From assembly GCF_001447785.1 (NCBI RefSeq), contig NW_015165932.1, positions 1-64,000 of the forward strand: a DNA stretch of 64,000 nt. The letters run 5' to 3'. Source of the stretch: Gekko japonicus. Its lineage: Eukaryota. Position numbers and translations under genes: made by a program. Of the stretch, positions 13,401 through 24,049 are shown piece after piece (the first letter of the stretch is position 1; each line of letters starts with the position of its first letter). The notes beneath the pieces are model-generated. The model did no database searches. It was not told the origin of the DNA and saw only the letters and a program-made list of their open reading frames with translations.

Positions 13401-16400
13401 GGGGAAGAACCGGTGCTACCGGCGGTCCCGGTTGAGCGGGGATCAGAGGGGGTGGCAGTCCGGGTGGCGGAGCTTGCCCTGGGATGGGGCCCTGCGATCC
13501 TGTATATTGGTAGTCATTCCTAACAAAATGTTGGATCCCCAGGCATTCGAAATAACTCCACGTTTGTTTCAAAGCAAGGTTTATTTCAAAGCGATGGTTC
13601 AAGCCGGAACAAGGACATTGTTAGGAATGACTACCAATATACAGGCAAAACATAATAAAGAAAATTGAACCAGTTTAGAACCAATGAGCCCAGTTCCCGC
13701 GGGCAGGAATGGGCATGGAAACTCGCACCCATTTCATGGGAACGTAACCGTTCACTAGAATCAATATAGGTTCAGTTCTCAGGGCAGATACCCATAACAA
13801 GCAGAGCGAAGCTGCAACTCCCACCAGCTGCACGACCTTGGCCAGTTCCGCAGAAAACAACTACACAGCATATGAACTCTACAATAACGAGGGGGGGGGG
13901 AAGGTACCCTAGGTGTGAAGCAGGTAATCCCAGATATAATGGCAGCTAGCTGACACCATGATGGAAAGGGTCAACCAGATCACTTGATCTATTCAGCACA
14001 CACCAAACAGCCTCAAACACTTGCCAAACTGGTTTGTATCAGGTTTTTTCAAAACTGCATATGTAAAGATGTTGCCAATTCAAACTGATTGCCAGCAATT
14101 AGCATTACTAAGGACTACTTAGACCAATACCAAAGGGTAAGATTTTATTGAAATGTGGTATTTATTCTTGACTGATTTATATAATTTGTGAGTTATCAAT
14201 TGTCTATTTAAACAATTGCCTGATCGATAGAGCAATTATTAAGCAAGGATGGGGCTCAGTAGAATTTAGTCATCCTGTGGGAGAATATACATACTACACA
14301 AAACACAATTGTGCAGTACTGCATGACTAGGAAGGAATACGGTGGAGGAATACAGTAAAGCAACCTGTTGAATGTCAGTTAACAGAACCCATCACTGAAA
14401 AATCAGGACCGTGTTTGCAACTGGTGAACAGGATGAACCAAACTATTCAAGTATCCTAATTTTTGTTGATTATATTTTCACTTTTTGGTTGGCACAATTC
14501 ACATGTAATATTTACTAAATGTGCTAATTCCAAAATAAGTTCCACGGTTCTGTTCCATAGAAACATGTTCCATCAGAGTGAATTTGCTTCTTCATAGGAG
14601 TGCTCAATGCATGACATACTGAATAGGACCATACACTGTACATAGTATTATAGCTTCAAAGGCCACAATTTAATATAATATGCAATATAACATCAGGATT
14701 TTGCCATGACAAAAAGCACAGTAGAACATCATGGTTTGAATGAGTCTCATCTCATTAACATAGCAGAATCTCTTTCTGGGTCTGACCAATGAATCACCTT
14801 TCTTAATACTGAGAAAGCCAATTAATATAATACAAAATGTGTTTGGACACTACCTGGTTAAACAAGTGGGGCCATACGATGGCGTCTTCACAAATGGTGA
14901 ATGTTTTGTCCGGTGGAGCTTTTGGCTCTATCCTTCCAACCTTGACTCTAAGAAAGGACCGGTTTGGGAATGTGAACCAGTTGATAATATCAAATCCAGA
15001 TAGCAACTCTCCATTTTGATCAAGGGAGATCTTTTCCTCCAGGCTGTTGTTAAAGGAGATGTTTCGCAGAATGTGATGGAGCTACATTGGGGAGGGGGCA
15101 ATCAGCTAACAAGAACATATAAAAAGATACACAAGAATCTTTCAGAGTTGATGGCTACGATGAATGGTCCTGCTTTTTAAAATAATCATTTGCAGGTGAG
15201 TAGTAGGGTTGCCAACTTCAGTTTGGGAGATTCCTGGAGATTTGGGGGAGTGATGAGGGCTGGGTTTGGGGAGGCAGAACTCAGCAGGATATAATGCCAT
15301 CAAGTCCACCCTCCAAAGCAGCCATTTTCTCCAAGGGAACTGCTTTCTGTTGTCTGGAGATCATTGGTAATTCTAGGAGATCTCCAGGCCCAAACCTAGA
15401 GGATGGTAACTCTAGCAGCAGCAATAGTATTGACCACTTTAATGTTTTGATCATTTTATACATTACTTTAGTCTTCATTGCCTTATTTTCATAACTGTAG
15501 TCCACCTTGAGTCTCAGAGAAAAAGGTGGATGATAAATTATGTCAATAAATAAATACAGTAGCATTAAGCAGCCTGCTAGCACAGCCTAGCTTGATCTCA
15601 TCAGAGCTTGGAAGCTAAGTAGGGTCTGCCATGTTTAGTACTTGGATGGGAGACCCCCAAGGAAGAAGGGAGTTGCTGTGCGAACCACCTCTGCTCATCT
15701 CTTCTCTTGAAACCCCTGTAGTCCTAGGGCCCTGATGCATTGGTTGTGACTTGATGGCACACAATTAGTAGTAGTAGTAGTAGTAGTAGAAAGCAGCATT
15801 AGGAATTGAACAAGAAATGCTAGTGTGTTTACTCGAAAGGAAGATGACTTAACTTCTTTTTTCTAAAAAGGAATCATCATCTGCTTGGGTATACAGATCT
15901 GTTGAGGGGTGCTTTGCTGAGTTCTTGAAGTCTTGATGTGAGAGGTGACTGCCCATGTGGAGATTATTGGAGGAAGTGCAAAAATTCATTCACCACCTCA
16001 AAGCAGTGGAAGCCATGGCAAATACTCCCTTTCAGGCTCCTTTAAGTGTGCAAGGGAGAGAGGTGGAGTCGGTGGGCTCACTGGCTTTGAAAACTTACTT
16101 GGCAAATGGTAAGAAGTGGTAGGAACAGTTGGGGTGGATTTGCTTCTCTATGGAGAGAGAAACCCCAAAAGCCTGTGGGTTTTACAGCAGTTTAGTGAAG
16201 CATTAGCTATAGTTACTATTAGTGTGTGGATATTTTAGATGGGGAAGGCTGTGGCAAGTAGTTAATTTTAGTCATCCCTGCTGGATTGGCAATATAACAC
16301 AGACTGCTGAAAACTGACTTCCTACCATGGAGAGCATTGTGAATTGTGAGTTTAACAGTGTATTTCTAAGTAGAGTTACACCCTTCTAAGCCCACTAATG

Positions 16401-19400
16401 GTGATGGACTTGGAAGGACACAATTCTATTTAGGATTGCATTGCTAGTTGGTCTTATGCAAGTCTTTGCCTAGTAGTTCAGCTCTTTAGAGCGAGGTGTT
16501 TAAAAGCCAGTCCCTTGCCTTTTAAAATTTGAAACAATGTGATCCAATACTACTTGTGAACAGTTCTGATGCCTTTTCTGCCCTGGCCCCACCTGGTGGA
16601 ACACGCTCCCCATCAAGATCAGGGCCCTGCGGGATCTTACTCAATTTTGCAGGGCCTGCGAGACAAAGCTGTTCTGCCAGGCTTTTGGTTGAGGCAATGG
16701 GTGTCCACAAATGGCCTCCCCGAGGTTGCTGTCTCCTACCTACTAACCACCCATCTGCCAGCAACCGGCCATAACAGGCAGTATTAACGGGTCGGAATTT
16801 GCACCAGCAGCTATAACTACTGATTTTGAATGTTCGCAATGTCATGTTTTATTGTGTTTTAAACCTTGTCGTATTATTTGAGATGATGTGACCCACCTTG
16901 AGCCCGCTCACTGGATGGGTGGGATACAAATATGAAAAATAAAGAAATAAAGATATATAAAAAGTGGAAACAATTTTTTTTCTTCTCTAGTCTATATTGC
17001 CTACGTGGATCCCTATGTAATAATATAATGTACAGTTATCTTTTTGTTTAGGATCGGTCATTTTTACCCTTGTTTTAGAGACTGCTGTCCTAAATAAATG
17101 TGCCCAGAAGATTACCTTCCACAGTTGTCGTTTTGGAAGCTTCCATCTCCTTCCAGCCCCCATTCCTCTGTGTCTGGATGTAAATGAATTCATGGCATGC
17201 AAACCTTGTGACACAGCATAAATCACATTGTAAATGTTGTGGCTATGAATAGTCATGCTCAGTTCAAAAACAGAACTAGGTAGAGTCTCTAGTTTTTCTT
17301 GCCCAGAGCAGATATTTTGGAGCAGGTTGTATCCTGTGGAGTTGGGGAATGAACATATAAAAACCTGTTCCCAGAAGACCTTGATAAAACTGTCTTCTTT
17401 CACTGAGGTAGGGTTCTTACTATGAAGAAATTTCCGGAATCCTAATGGCTCCTTGAAATGAGCAGCAAAGGATATAGCACCATGGAGAAACCGTATGTCC
17501 CAACTGCTTTGAAAGGCAAGTGACGAAAAATCCATCTGTGCCGTCAAAATCCATACTTTTTTCAGTGTTGGTAGATCCTCAGTTTCTGGTATCCGAAGCC
17601 ACAGTCTCAAAACCATCATGGTCTGAATTTCACCATGCAGTATCACAGCGTTGGCGGTACTTTGCAAGACAACCTGGTATTTTTTGAACTCCCCTTCTAC
17701 TAAGGCAGTCATATCAGTGGAAAAAATCCCTCCTGGGAATCTGTCTATGAAGTCAATGCAGATACCCCTTTGGGGGAAAATGGGAAGCACGTTCTGTACA
17801 AACTTTTCTCCATTGTCGTCATCCAGATAGAGTACTCCAATCCATGTCCACTTGAAATGCGACAATAACTGGCAAATGCCCTCATACTGAAAGGCCCCAT
17901 TTGGGAACATTGGATAGAAGAAGCCTCCATGATCTGTGCTGTCCCACACTGGTGCAGAACCATATATAAACTATGAAAAAATTGAAAAGAGAGATAAAAG
18001 AGAGAGATCTTGGGCAAGAGAGAGATCTTGGAGTTGTAGTGGATAACTCACTGAAAATGTCGAGACAGTGTGTGACTGCAATAAAGAAGGCCAATGCTAT
18101 GCTGGGGATTATCAGGAAGGGTATTGAAAACAGATCAGCCAATATCATCATGCCCCTATATAAATCAATGGTGCGACCTCATCTGGAATACTGTGTGCCG
18201 TTCTGGTCACCACACCTTACAAAGGATATTATAGCTTTGGGAAAAGTGCAGAAAAGGGCAACTCGAACGATAAAAGGGTTGGAACACTTTCCCTATGAGG
18301 AAAGGTTAAGGCGCTTAGGGCTCTTTAGCTTGGAGAAAAGACGGCTGAGGGGTGACATGATCGAGGTTTATAAGATTATGCATGGGAAAGAGCAGGTAGA
18401 GAAAGAGGTACTTTTCTCCCTTTCTCACAATACAAGAACTCGTGGGCACTCCATGAAACTGCAGAGCGGTCGGGTTAGAACGGATAAAAGGAAGTACTTC
18501 TTCACCCAAAGAGTGATTAACACATGGAATTCACTGCCACAGGAAGTGGTGGCGGCTACAAGCATGGACAGCTTCAAAAGGGAATTAGATAAGCATATGG
18601 AGCAGAGGTCCATCAGTGGCTATTAGCCACAAGGTATAGCTAGGGGCTCTGGGGCAAGTGATGCTCTGTCTTCTTGGTCCTTGGGGCCTGCCTCTGCATG
18701 GCAAACCCTGTACCTCCTTGGTGGTCTCCCATCCAAATATTAATGAAGGTCAATTCTGCTTAGCGTCTGAGATCTGATGAGATCAGGCTAGCCTGTCTAT
18801 CCAGCTCTTTACAGTTCTACATTTGACAAACTGTAATGATTGACTCAAAAATTATAGGCAATCCAAATTTATTTATTTTTTCAGTGAGTATTTTCAGTGA
18901 GCCAGTTTGTACCGGCAAGGCGGGGTATAAATGGGAAGCAAATATATAAATAAATTTATGAACCAGAGATACACATTTCCCCCAAATTCTTTGAATGTGG
19001 TTCACCAGTGTACACCATGTATAACAACCAGAGCTCAGCAAAGTTAGTAGACTTACATATATTTTAAAATAATTATTCCCAAGGGCTTTGATGACCAGGT
19101 GGTATTTTCAGAGTCAGATGAAAGGAAGCAAGACAAAGGGGCCTCCTGGAAAAAACACATGTCCTTCATATTCCCTAAAAGGCCACATAAGGGCTTGTCA
19201 GCATTTAGGAAGATCCACCCTGCCTCCCATGTGCCATGTGCATATCTTACCTGTGGAATCTTGTAGGTAGACAGAATGGTTGCCATGTGGAGGCAGATAT
19301 CAAAATTGGGGCCCCCAATGACAGCTACCAGATTGCTCTGGGTGTCACACTTATAGTTAGGGGTGAATTTGCCTTGTGTGGAGAGAAGTTCCATTGAGGC

Positions 19401-22400
19401 AAGATAGGCATTGTTTGCACTGAATCGGCTGTTAAAAATGTGAAAGCCTAGGGTGACATTGTGTAAAATCCATGGATTTTCGTTGATCTCCTTGATGGCA
19501 AATTCCAAAGCCAGAATGTGCTGGTACATCTGAGGTATGGATCTGCAAGGAAAGTTAGATTTTGCATCTCAGGGAATGCCCTTTGAAGTATGGATTTTGC
19601 CACATGTTATCTCTTTATTTAATTTTTTTGTATTAAATTAGATTCTATGGAACCAGTCCAAGAACCGTCGAAGCAACATTGTCAAATATACCTGGGCTTC
19701 TCATAATAGAAGCCCAACAGAATCACGAGCTTGCTGTTCAAGAACATCATGATCTACAGTGTTCCTTTGCTTTGCCACATCTTCCCTTGCACTAATTGTC
19801 AGAGATGTTCAGCAACTCACCAGCTAAATTCACATCCACCTCATGGGTCATCATGAGCTGATTTTGCACTGAGCTGTTTGGCTGCATCTGAATGAGTTTA
19901 ACTATTTACATTAAGAACTAGCATGGTCAAGTAGTTAAAGGTGTTGGACTCAGATCTGGGAGACCCAGGTTCGAATCCCCACTTTGCCATGGTAGCTTAC
20001 AAGGTGATGTTGAGCCAGTCACACAATCTCAGCCTAACTACCTGACAGGACAGTTGTGAAGATAAAATGGGAAGAGGGGGGTCCCTACTGGGGAGGAAAG
20101 TGGCATATAAATGAAGCCAATAAATAAATACATTTATATTATTCAAGACTGAATATTTGCAGCTACTGTCCCACTCCCTCACACCCATCTGCTGATGTTG
20201 CTACCTCCAATTAATTAAAGGCTCCTAGATAAAATAAACATATTTGTTGGAGGTTTTTTTTAACATGATACTTACTTCTTAAGTGTTGCTATGTGCCTTC
20301 ACTGGCTCATGGACCTGGGTAAACTTCTGATCACTTACCCGGTATATGCTTGCACCAAATACAGGCAATGTATTCGTTGCAGGGTTATTTAAAGGATGCA
20401 CCTGACTTCACAGATGCAAAGAGGCGATGAACTGTTGAGTGATCCTGTGCTTAACAATTTGTCCTTTCATCAGTTAAAGTGACAGAAAACATGAAGCAGA
20501 AACTGAAGATTTTGTCTCTGTTGTCTAGGACTAAGGGACATTCACTCAGCCCTACTCACAGGTCAAAATATGTAAGAAACCAAAGATATCAATGACTGTA
20601 GAAATTGTAAATAGAACTGTAAAAGCTTGGAATATGTACCACCCAGCTACCTATTCTCATCTTAGGCAGAATATCCAATATGTATTCAGATTGCCAAAAT
20701 CATTCTCCCCAGATGAACTAATCAGTGCAGAAACAACTCATATCCAGAGCTATTTTTGGGCAGGAACGCACAGGAACGGAGTTCTGGCTGGCTCCTGAGT
20801 TGGCCACACCCAGCAGGAACTCATTAGCATAATAGGCCACACCCAACAGCAGAAACTCATTAGGATTGGCTACATTAGAGGTGTGTGGCCTAACATGCAA
20901 AGGAGTCCCTGCTACAAAACAAGGCCTTGGGTTTTGACAAAAAACAAGGTAAACAGAATAAGAAGCAAAAGGTGGGTGTGGCTGAATGACTACACTTCTG
21001 GCAACACGGGGCTGCTGCCTACTACACTAATGAGCTGTGGTGTCAGGGTGTGGCCTAATATGCTAATGAGTTCCTGCTGGGCTTTTTCTACAAAAAAAGC
21101 CCTGCTCATCTCTACAAATCTAGTGCTGTCCAAATTCTTGAGATTATTGATTATTGATTTTTCCATATATTGGCAACAGTCCTCAAGCTTTTTCAAGTGG
21201 GACCCATTTCTAAACTTACTCTAATTTTTGGAAAGCCAGTGTCAAAGTCATTTATTTTTCTTTCAACTACTGTCAAAGTAGTTTATTTAAAATGTATTGT
21301 TTTATAGCCTGCTTTCCTTTCTAAGACACAAAGTGGGTCGCACAACATAAACCATGTAATCAGACAACATAATCCAGTCTACAATGCAACGGGACTGGGA
21401 TGACCAAATTAGAAAAACAATGCAAAAGAAAAAGGCATCCTACACGATGTATCATGAACAATGGAGAAAAAGAAATTAAGAAGGGAGAAGACAATGCAAT
21501 AGGAACAGGGTAAAACATACAATAAACAGCGGAGCAGACAACAATCCTGTTCATTTTAGAAAGACACATCCTTCTAAACCATCCCATTATATTATTATAG
21601 TCCCTATTCCCTTTACAAAAATGTCCTCCTGAACAATCCTGTTTTATTCAATCTGCAGAATCATGTACTTTCCTTCTCCTTGATGAATATGTAGCATTTC
21701 TGAGGATCAGGCTGCTTTTCACAAGCCTTCTTCACAAGCAAACATGTTTACCCTTGAGCCTCCCAGTACCGCCTCTCCTAGCTTTCCCTATTTCTCTTCT
21801 GCCTTGCAGTAAATCTCCAAGAGCATCATGACCTCCTTTTGGATCCCAACCTGTAGTTTGAGAACCACTGTATCAATAGAAAAAGACTTAACCAGTTGCT
21901 TCATTATTGAACATGCCAAGGCACAAAATTTGGCCACCTGCAAAATGGTTGCGTTAGAACCATCTGAAAGAAGGAGGGAAATTTTAAAAAATGCATCAGG
22001 TCTGCCAGGAAAGTTAGATAAGACTGGAGTTATATATGTAGAGACTGAATGATCCTATGCACCGGACAATACAGTAACATATCATCAATTTTTTCAACCA
22101 TATCCAATGGACAGGGGCAAACATGCTGACATTAAGAGATACATGCATGTCTAACCCTTCCAAAAGAGGTGATGGTCATATGGAAGGAGGCAAGATGGCG
22201 ATAAATAAACAACATTATCCAGCTGCTCTACCGTTCTAGTTTTTTAATTGTGTTTTAATGGACCAGGTTATTTTATGCACTGGACTATGTAGCTTATTTA
22301 GGCTAATCACACCAATTGTAACCTTTATACATCAAACTGGAAGTCAGACTTACAACCACTATATTAAAAGAAGCCTATTGTATTATATAAAGAAATAGAT

Positions 22401-22957
22401 TATGATAGCACACCCCAAAGCTGGTGAACAAATGAAAACTTCAATAATCTACTAATGTAAAGGTTGCATTACTTCTCCCATATAGCTATGACTTTTTCTT
22501 TAAAAAAATTAATCTACATAAATATTAACATCTTGGAAATAAAGGATGCTGTATCACACTTCTATTGTTGTCAGCTACCAATTTTTTTGCAAATATCCTA
22601 ATGGTAGCTTAGAAAGAGGTATCTCATATCTCTGGAAAGCAAGCCCAAGGAGTGATGCTACTTGTTCTTCACTTTGCTGACCTTAATGCAACTGCTTAGG
22701 ACCCAGTGACATGATAGAAAAAAATATCCAAACCCTTACATGGGATCATCAAAGAGCTTATGAAAAGGGTAGTGTTCGAACGTTATTGGATCTGAGAACA
22801 TGTAGATCTGAGAAATAATGCCACCAATGATCAGGTCTCCTGGCTGATAATACTTATGACGAATTGGGAGAGGGTTCCTGGTGCTGCACATAATAACGGA
22901 AATCTTGCACACTGTCTGAGGCAACATCACCAGCACCACTACCATATATACCACCAT
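6575..22957 (-). CDS. Vmn2r: V2R-1: vomeronasal type-2 receptor (family-level call), 6 exons, ~873 aa, apparently intact
   Basis: Exons 22957-22740, 19542-19251, 17970-17116, 15081-14854, 8134-8008, 7476-6575; all GT-AG, phases compatible, total 2622 nt; signal peptide, Venus flytrap, NCD3G, 7tm_3 ([35 protein letters not shown]). Confidence 0.93.
8008..8134 (-). CDS. Vmn2r: V2R-1 exon 5 (NCD3G, 127 bp)
   Basis: [11 protein letters not shown]...[18 protein letters not shown]; CAG acceptor, GTAAT donor. Confidence 0.92.
8544..8969 (-). repeat. Gypsy 3' LTR (426 bp)
   Basis: About 7 substitutions and 1 poly-G indel relative to 13529-13955, counted by eye. Confidence 0.95.
8993..12529 (-). CDS. 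pol: Gypsy Pol (protease, RT, RNase H, integrase, chromodomain), expressed by -1 frameshift
   Basis: LIDSG, YLDD, TDASD, HHCC zinc finger, [37 protein letters not shown] chromodomain; 1171 aa open frame. Confidence 0.95.
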   Translation of the reverse strand, partial: GKRECPAVKGAQRQDLLDQEVPIVVREPPSLFFVTVSLLNPNLGTHVRVKALIDSGCGRDLISPTVVASLEAGIKRLKSPIIFTQMDGAPMDPCTHETMPLRVGASAHWEERSFVVTPKSQFALVLGALWLYSHDPYVLWEEGRIDFVSPKCQEHRWDETWGAPPALDFPCAALTAEELASLPPKYHDLAQVFGEEEADELPPHRKSGCGIELLPGCKLPKGKIYAMGPAEKLELRKFIDKNLARGFIRPASSPFAAPVLFRKKKDGGLRLCTDYRGLNAISATNAYPLPLIKDLVAEATKGKIFPKLDLRDDYFRVRIREGDEGKTAFNTPLGQFEYLVMPFGLQGAPGVFMNLINEVLHEYLFKGVLIYLDDILLYSQDLPSHVKLVRKVLKTLHKHKLFAKLPKCEFQQPHIDFLGYRISGGGLEMDPGKIKDVVEWEPPQTRRQLQAFLGFSNFYRFFIKGFAQIALPLTDLLKTKGKGFDATIPGAPLKWTPECDATFNKLKSMFTSEPILAHPDEEKKFIVQTDASDVAMGATILQEGVDGKLHQLAFVSKKFSDAERHWSVWEKEASAIRLALSTWRHWLEGARVPFEVWTDHKNLETLKSPRSLNAKQLRWADFFSKFQFTLHHFPGSSNSLADALSRLPQHESLHEVIIDSIFTPAQLGGAVVTRAQAHKLPKPASSPVTSTPPFPSPDCGGHYRAEFSQEDEDVIATLQGCVRSPEGLVYSDNKLYMPVSLRREVLHLAHGSKLAGHWSFVKSLQLLRRQFWWPHMRKDLLDFVRTCQTCALSKPRGGKTPGLLHPLPTPSRPWEVISMDFITDLPLSKGKTVIWVVVDLLSKQSHFIPLPSLPTAQKLAKLFLHHVKSPHVKSAKVISDRGTQFVSKFWRELMKLMGVEQGLSSAYHPETDGQTERVNQTLEQYLRCFSNYQQNDWCDLLPLAEYCYNNTFHNSINMSPFKAALGYDSSPLPFLGGPTPLQHTDAGLWCKSLQDAWPLLCSTLDDAKRAYKHQADRGRVEGWDLKPGDFVYVSMKNIKLLQPCRKLSWKFIGPFKVRRIINDVAVDVELPKNLKSLHSVFHMSLLKKDTGHGKWRPARDSPPPIILDGDEHFEIADILDSRIKRGKLWYLIQWVDFGPQHQEWVEEGDIRAPYMLQRFHKKFPGKPGGLPPNPGGGG
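12478..12529 (-). promoter_or_regulatory. -1 programmed ribosomal frameshift signal (G GGA AAC + stem/pseudoknot)
   Basis: Heptamer at 12529-12523 in the gag frame, 6-nt spacer, GTCCTGCTGT/ACGGCAGGAC stem; pol is in the -1 frame. Confidence 0.8.
12505..13498 (-). CDS. gag: Gypsy Gag (Pro-rich N-terminus, retrotransposon capsid, CCHC zinc knuckle); start codon unresolved
   Basis: [44 protein letters not shown]. Confidence 0.88.
13529..13955 (-). repeat. Gypsy 5' LTR (427 bp)
   Basis: Direct repeat of 8544-8969; sense AATAAA near 13585. Confidence 0.95.
14854..15081 (-). CDS. Vmn2r: V2R-1 exon 4 (228 bp)
   Basis: [13 protein letters not shown]...GFDIINW.TFPN...IVWPHLFNQ; TAG acceptor, GTAGTG donor. 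Confidence 0.92.
15204..15413. mobile_element. hAT-like MITE (TAGGGTTGCCA-type ends); related degenerate copies at ~30101-30440 and ~31065-31260
   Basis: Ends TAGGGTTGCCA...TGGTAACTCTA; shared internal GCCATTTTCTCCA(A/G)GGGAACTG motif. Confidence 0.55.
15588..15789 (+). mobile_element. 5S rRNA-derived SINE with (TAG)n tail
   Basis: GATCTCATCAGAGCTTGGAAGCTAAGTAGGGTC..TTAGTACTTGGATGGGAGACC matches the 5S core; non-5S body; microsatellite tail. Confidence 0.7.
16566..16950 (+). mobile_element. L2-like LINE 3' end
   Basis: Degenerate AFSALAP.WWN.LP..IRALRDL..F.RAC.T.LF.QAF C-terminus, then 3' UTR ending CCACCTTGAGCC...GGGATACAAAT and A-rich tail. Confidence 0.65.
17116..17970 (-). CDS. Vmn2r: V2R-1 exon 3 (855 bp, Venus flytrap)
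   Basis: [64 protein letters not shown]; CATAG acceptor, GTAATC donor. Confidence 0.94.
18014..18686 (+). mobile_element. CR1 LINE 3' fragment (ORF2 C-terminus + part of 3' UTR)
   Basis: [60 protein letters not shown]; nearly identical to 35706-36224. Confidence 0.93.
18687..18795 (-). mobile_element. 5S-derived SINE 5' part
   Basis: Reverse complement TAGCCTGATCTCATCAGATCTCAGACGCTAAGCAG...TTTGGATGGGAGACCACC. Confidence 0.65.
19251..19542 (-). CDS. Vmn2r: V2R-1 exon 2 (292 bp)
   Basis: [41 protein letters not shown]; GCAG acceptor, GTAAGA donor. Confidence 0.94.
19915..20130 (+). mobile_element. tRNA-derived SINE, near full length
   Basis: A box-like TGGTCAAGTAGTTAA, B box GGTTCGAATCCC, MIR-like core, AATAAATAAA tail. 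Confidence 0.7.
20744..21103. mobile_element. Two related short hAT-like MITE pieces in inverted orientation
   Basis: GCAGGAACTCATTAGCATA.TAGGCCACACCC occurs on both strands; end ...CTACAAAAAAAGCCCTG. Confidence 0.5.
22740..22957 (-). CDS. Vmn2r: V2R-1 exon 1 (signal peptide + N-terminus)
   Basis: [31 protein letters not shown]..; donor AT|GTAAGG. Confidence 0.9.
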
Positions 22958-23339
22958 GCTGCAAGGAAAGCTTCTTTCTAGATGTTGATAGTCCTGTTCC
23001 TACATCGATTTTGGAGGTTTTTGTGTAGAAGCAGGACTTGAACAGCCACTCAGTCTGATGATGTGAAGGCAAAATTGTTCTATGTGACACATTAGAGGAT
23101 CGGTCTGATGGGTCTTTTTTCCCCTCAAGTGCCGACTCTGAAAGGCACAGAAGAGACAAGTAATATCCTTTTGTCTTAGTTCACAATTTTGCTAGCTATT
23201 AGTGGGACACCTTAGGGACCTATTAAAGAGGTTATCATAGTCATCAATAATTTGACAATAACAGGGGAGCTAATGACTTGTTCTGAGTTGTAAGTTCTCT
23301 GTGCCACTGCAGAAGAAAACATGTAATTTGATAATTACA

Positions 23340-23885
23340 GGGTGCATTCAGATGGGCAGCTAATCCCGCCAGTATGCCAGCTCAAATTTGATCCCGAACT
23401 TTTTAATCTGTCCTCGCATGACCAGAAATCCCCTGGGGGAATCGTCTTACCACGCGCTGCTTCCGCTGTGGATTGTCTAGACGGCGTCCACTGAATGAGG
23501 CATGCATGGGGTGGCTTTTAAAAAAAAAAGTTTGCGCATGTGCATAGGCGTGATATCATGGCCTTGTTTATCCACGCATGCTCAAAATCAAGATTTTTAA
23601 ACAATGGCACCCGTTTGGGATAATCTGATGTCAGACCATCCTGGACAGGCACCATTTTTTAATTGCACGGTGGAACGATCAGACAGGGGAAAGTCCATGA
23701 CTGGCCCATTGGAACCAAAAACTCCAAATTTTAACTAGTACCTTTTTAGTAAGGCACTAAAGCACGGCAAAACGCGATGCTCATGGAAGATGGACATTTC
23801 CCAGATGTTAATGTCTGGACATGACATATAAATCCATGAGGCACTTGTACCTCACGTGGATCTAAAGAGCCGTCTGATCGGACTC
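23340..23885. mobile_element. PIF/Harbinger-like MITE in V2R-1 promoter
   Basis: Imperfect TIRs GGGTGCATTCAGATGG / CCGTCTGATCGGACTC, 3-bp TSD ACA; removing it restores a motif conserved in the other V2R promoters. Confidence 0.75.
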
Positions 23886-24049
23886 ACAGAGGAGATAATG
23901 ACCTATCTTCAGTTACAGTTTGTTGTGATGTTGCAGAAGAAATCACATCTCAGTCATGTCAATCACATCTCAACAGAAATCTTTGCCAGTCTGCAGAAGG
24001 AGTGCAAGAGATGTGCAGGGCTGTAATGACCCATGACAATGGCCACAGT

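Larger units (their letters stand above)
8544..13955 (-). mobile_element. Ty3/Gypsy chromovirus (Tf1/sushi-like) LTR retrotransposon, near-intact, in V2R-1 intron 4
   Basis: LTRs 13529-13955 (5') and 8544-8969 (3'), TG...CA, TSD CCATG (8539-8543, 13956-13960), PPT GAGGGGGCAGTA, gag plus uninterrupted pol. Confidence 0.97.

Noticed and set aside
15588-15660. 5S rRNA gene
   Set aside because: Partial, mutated and fused to a SINE body and tail; the same holds at 5798 and 18720
19915-19990. tRNA gene
   Set aside because: A/B boxes belong to a SINE head and no intact cloverleaf is evident; the same holds at 2560-2630 and 36270-36342
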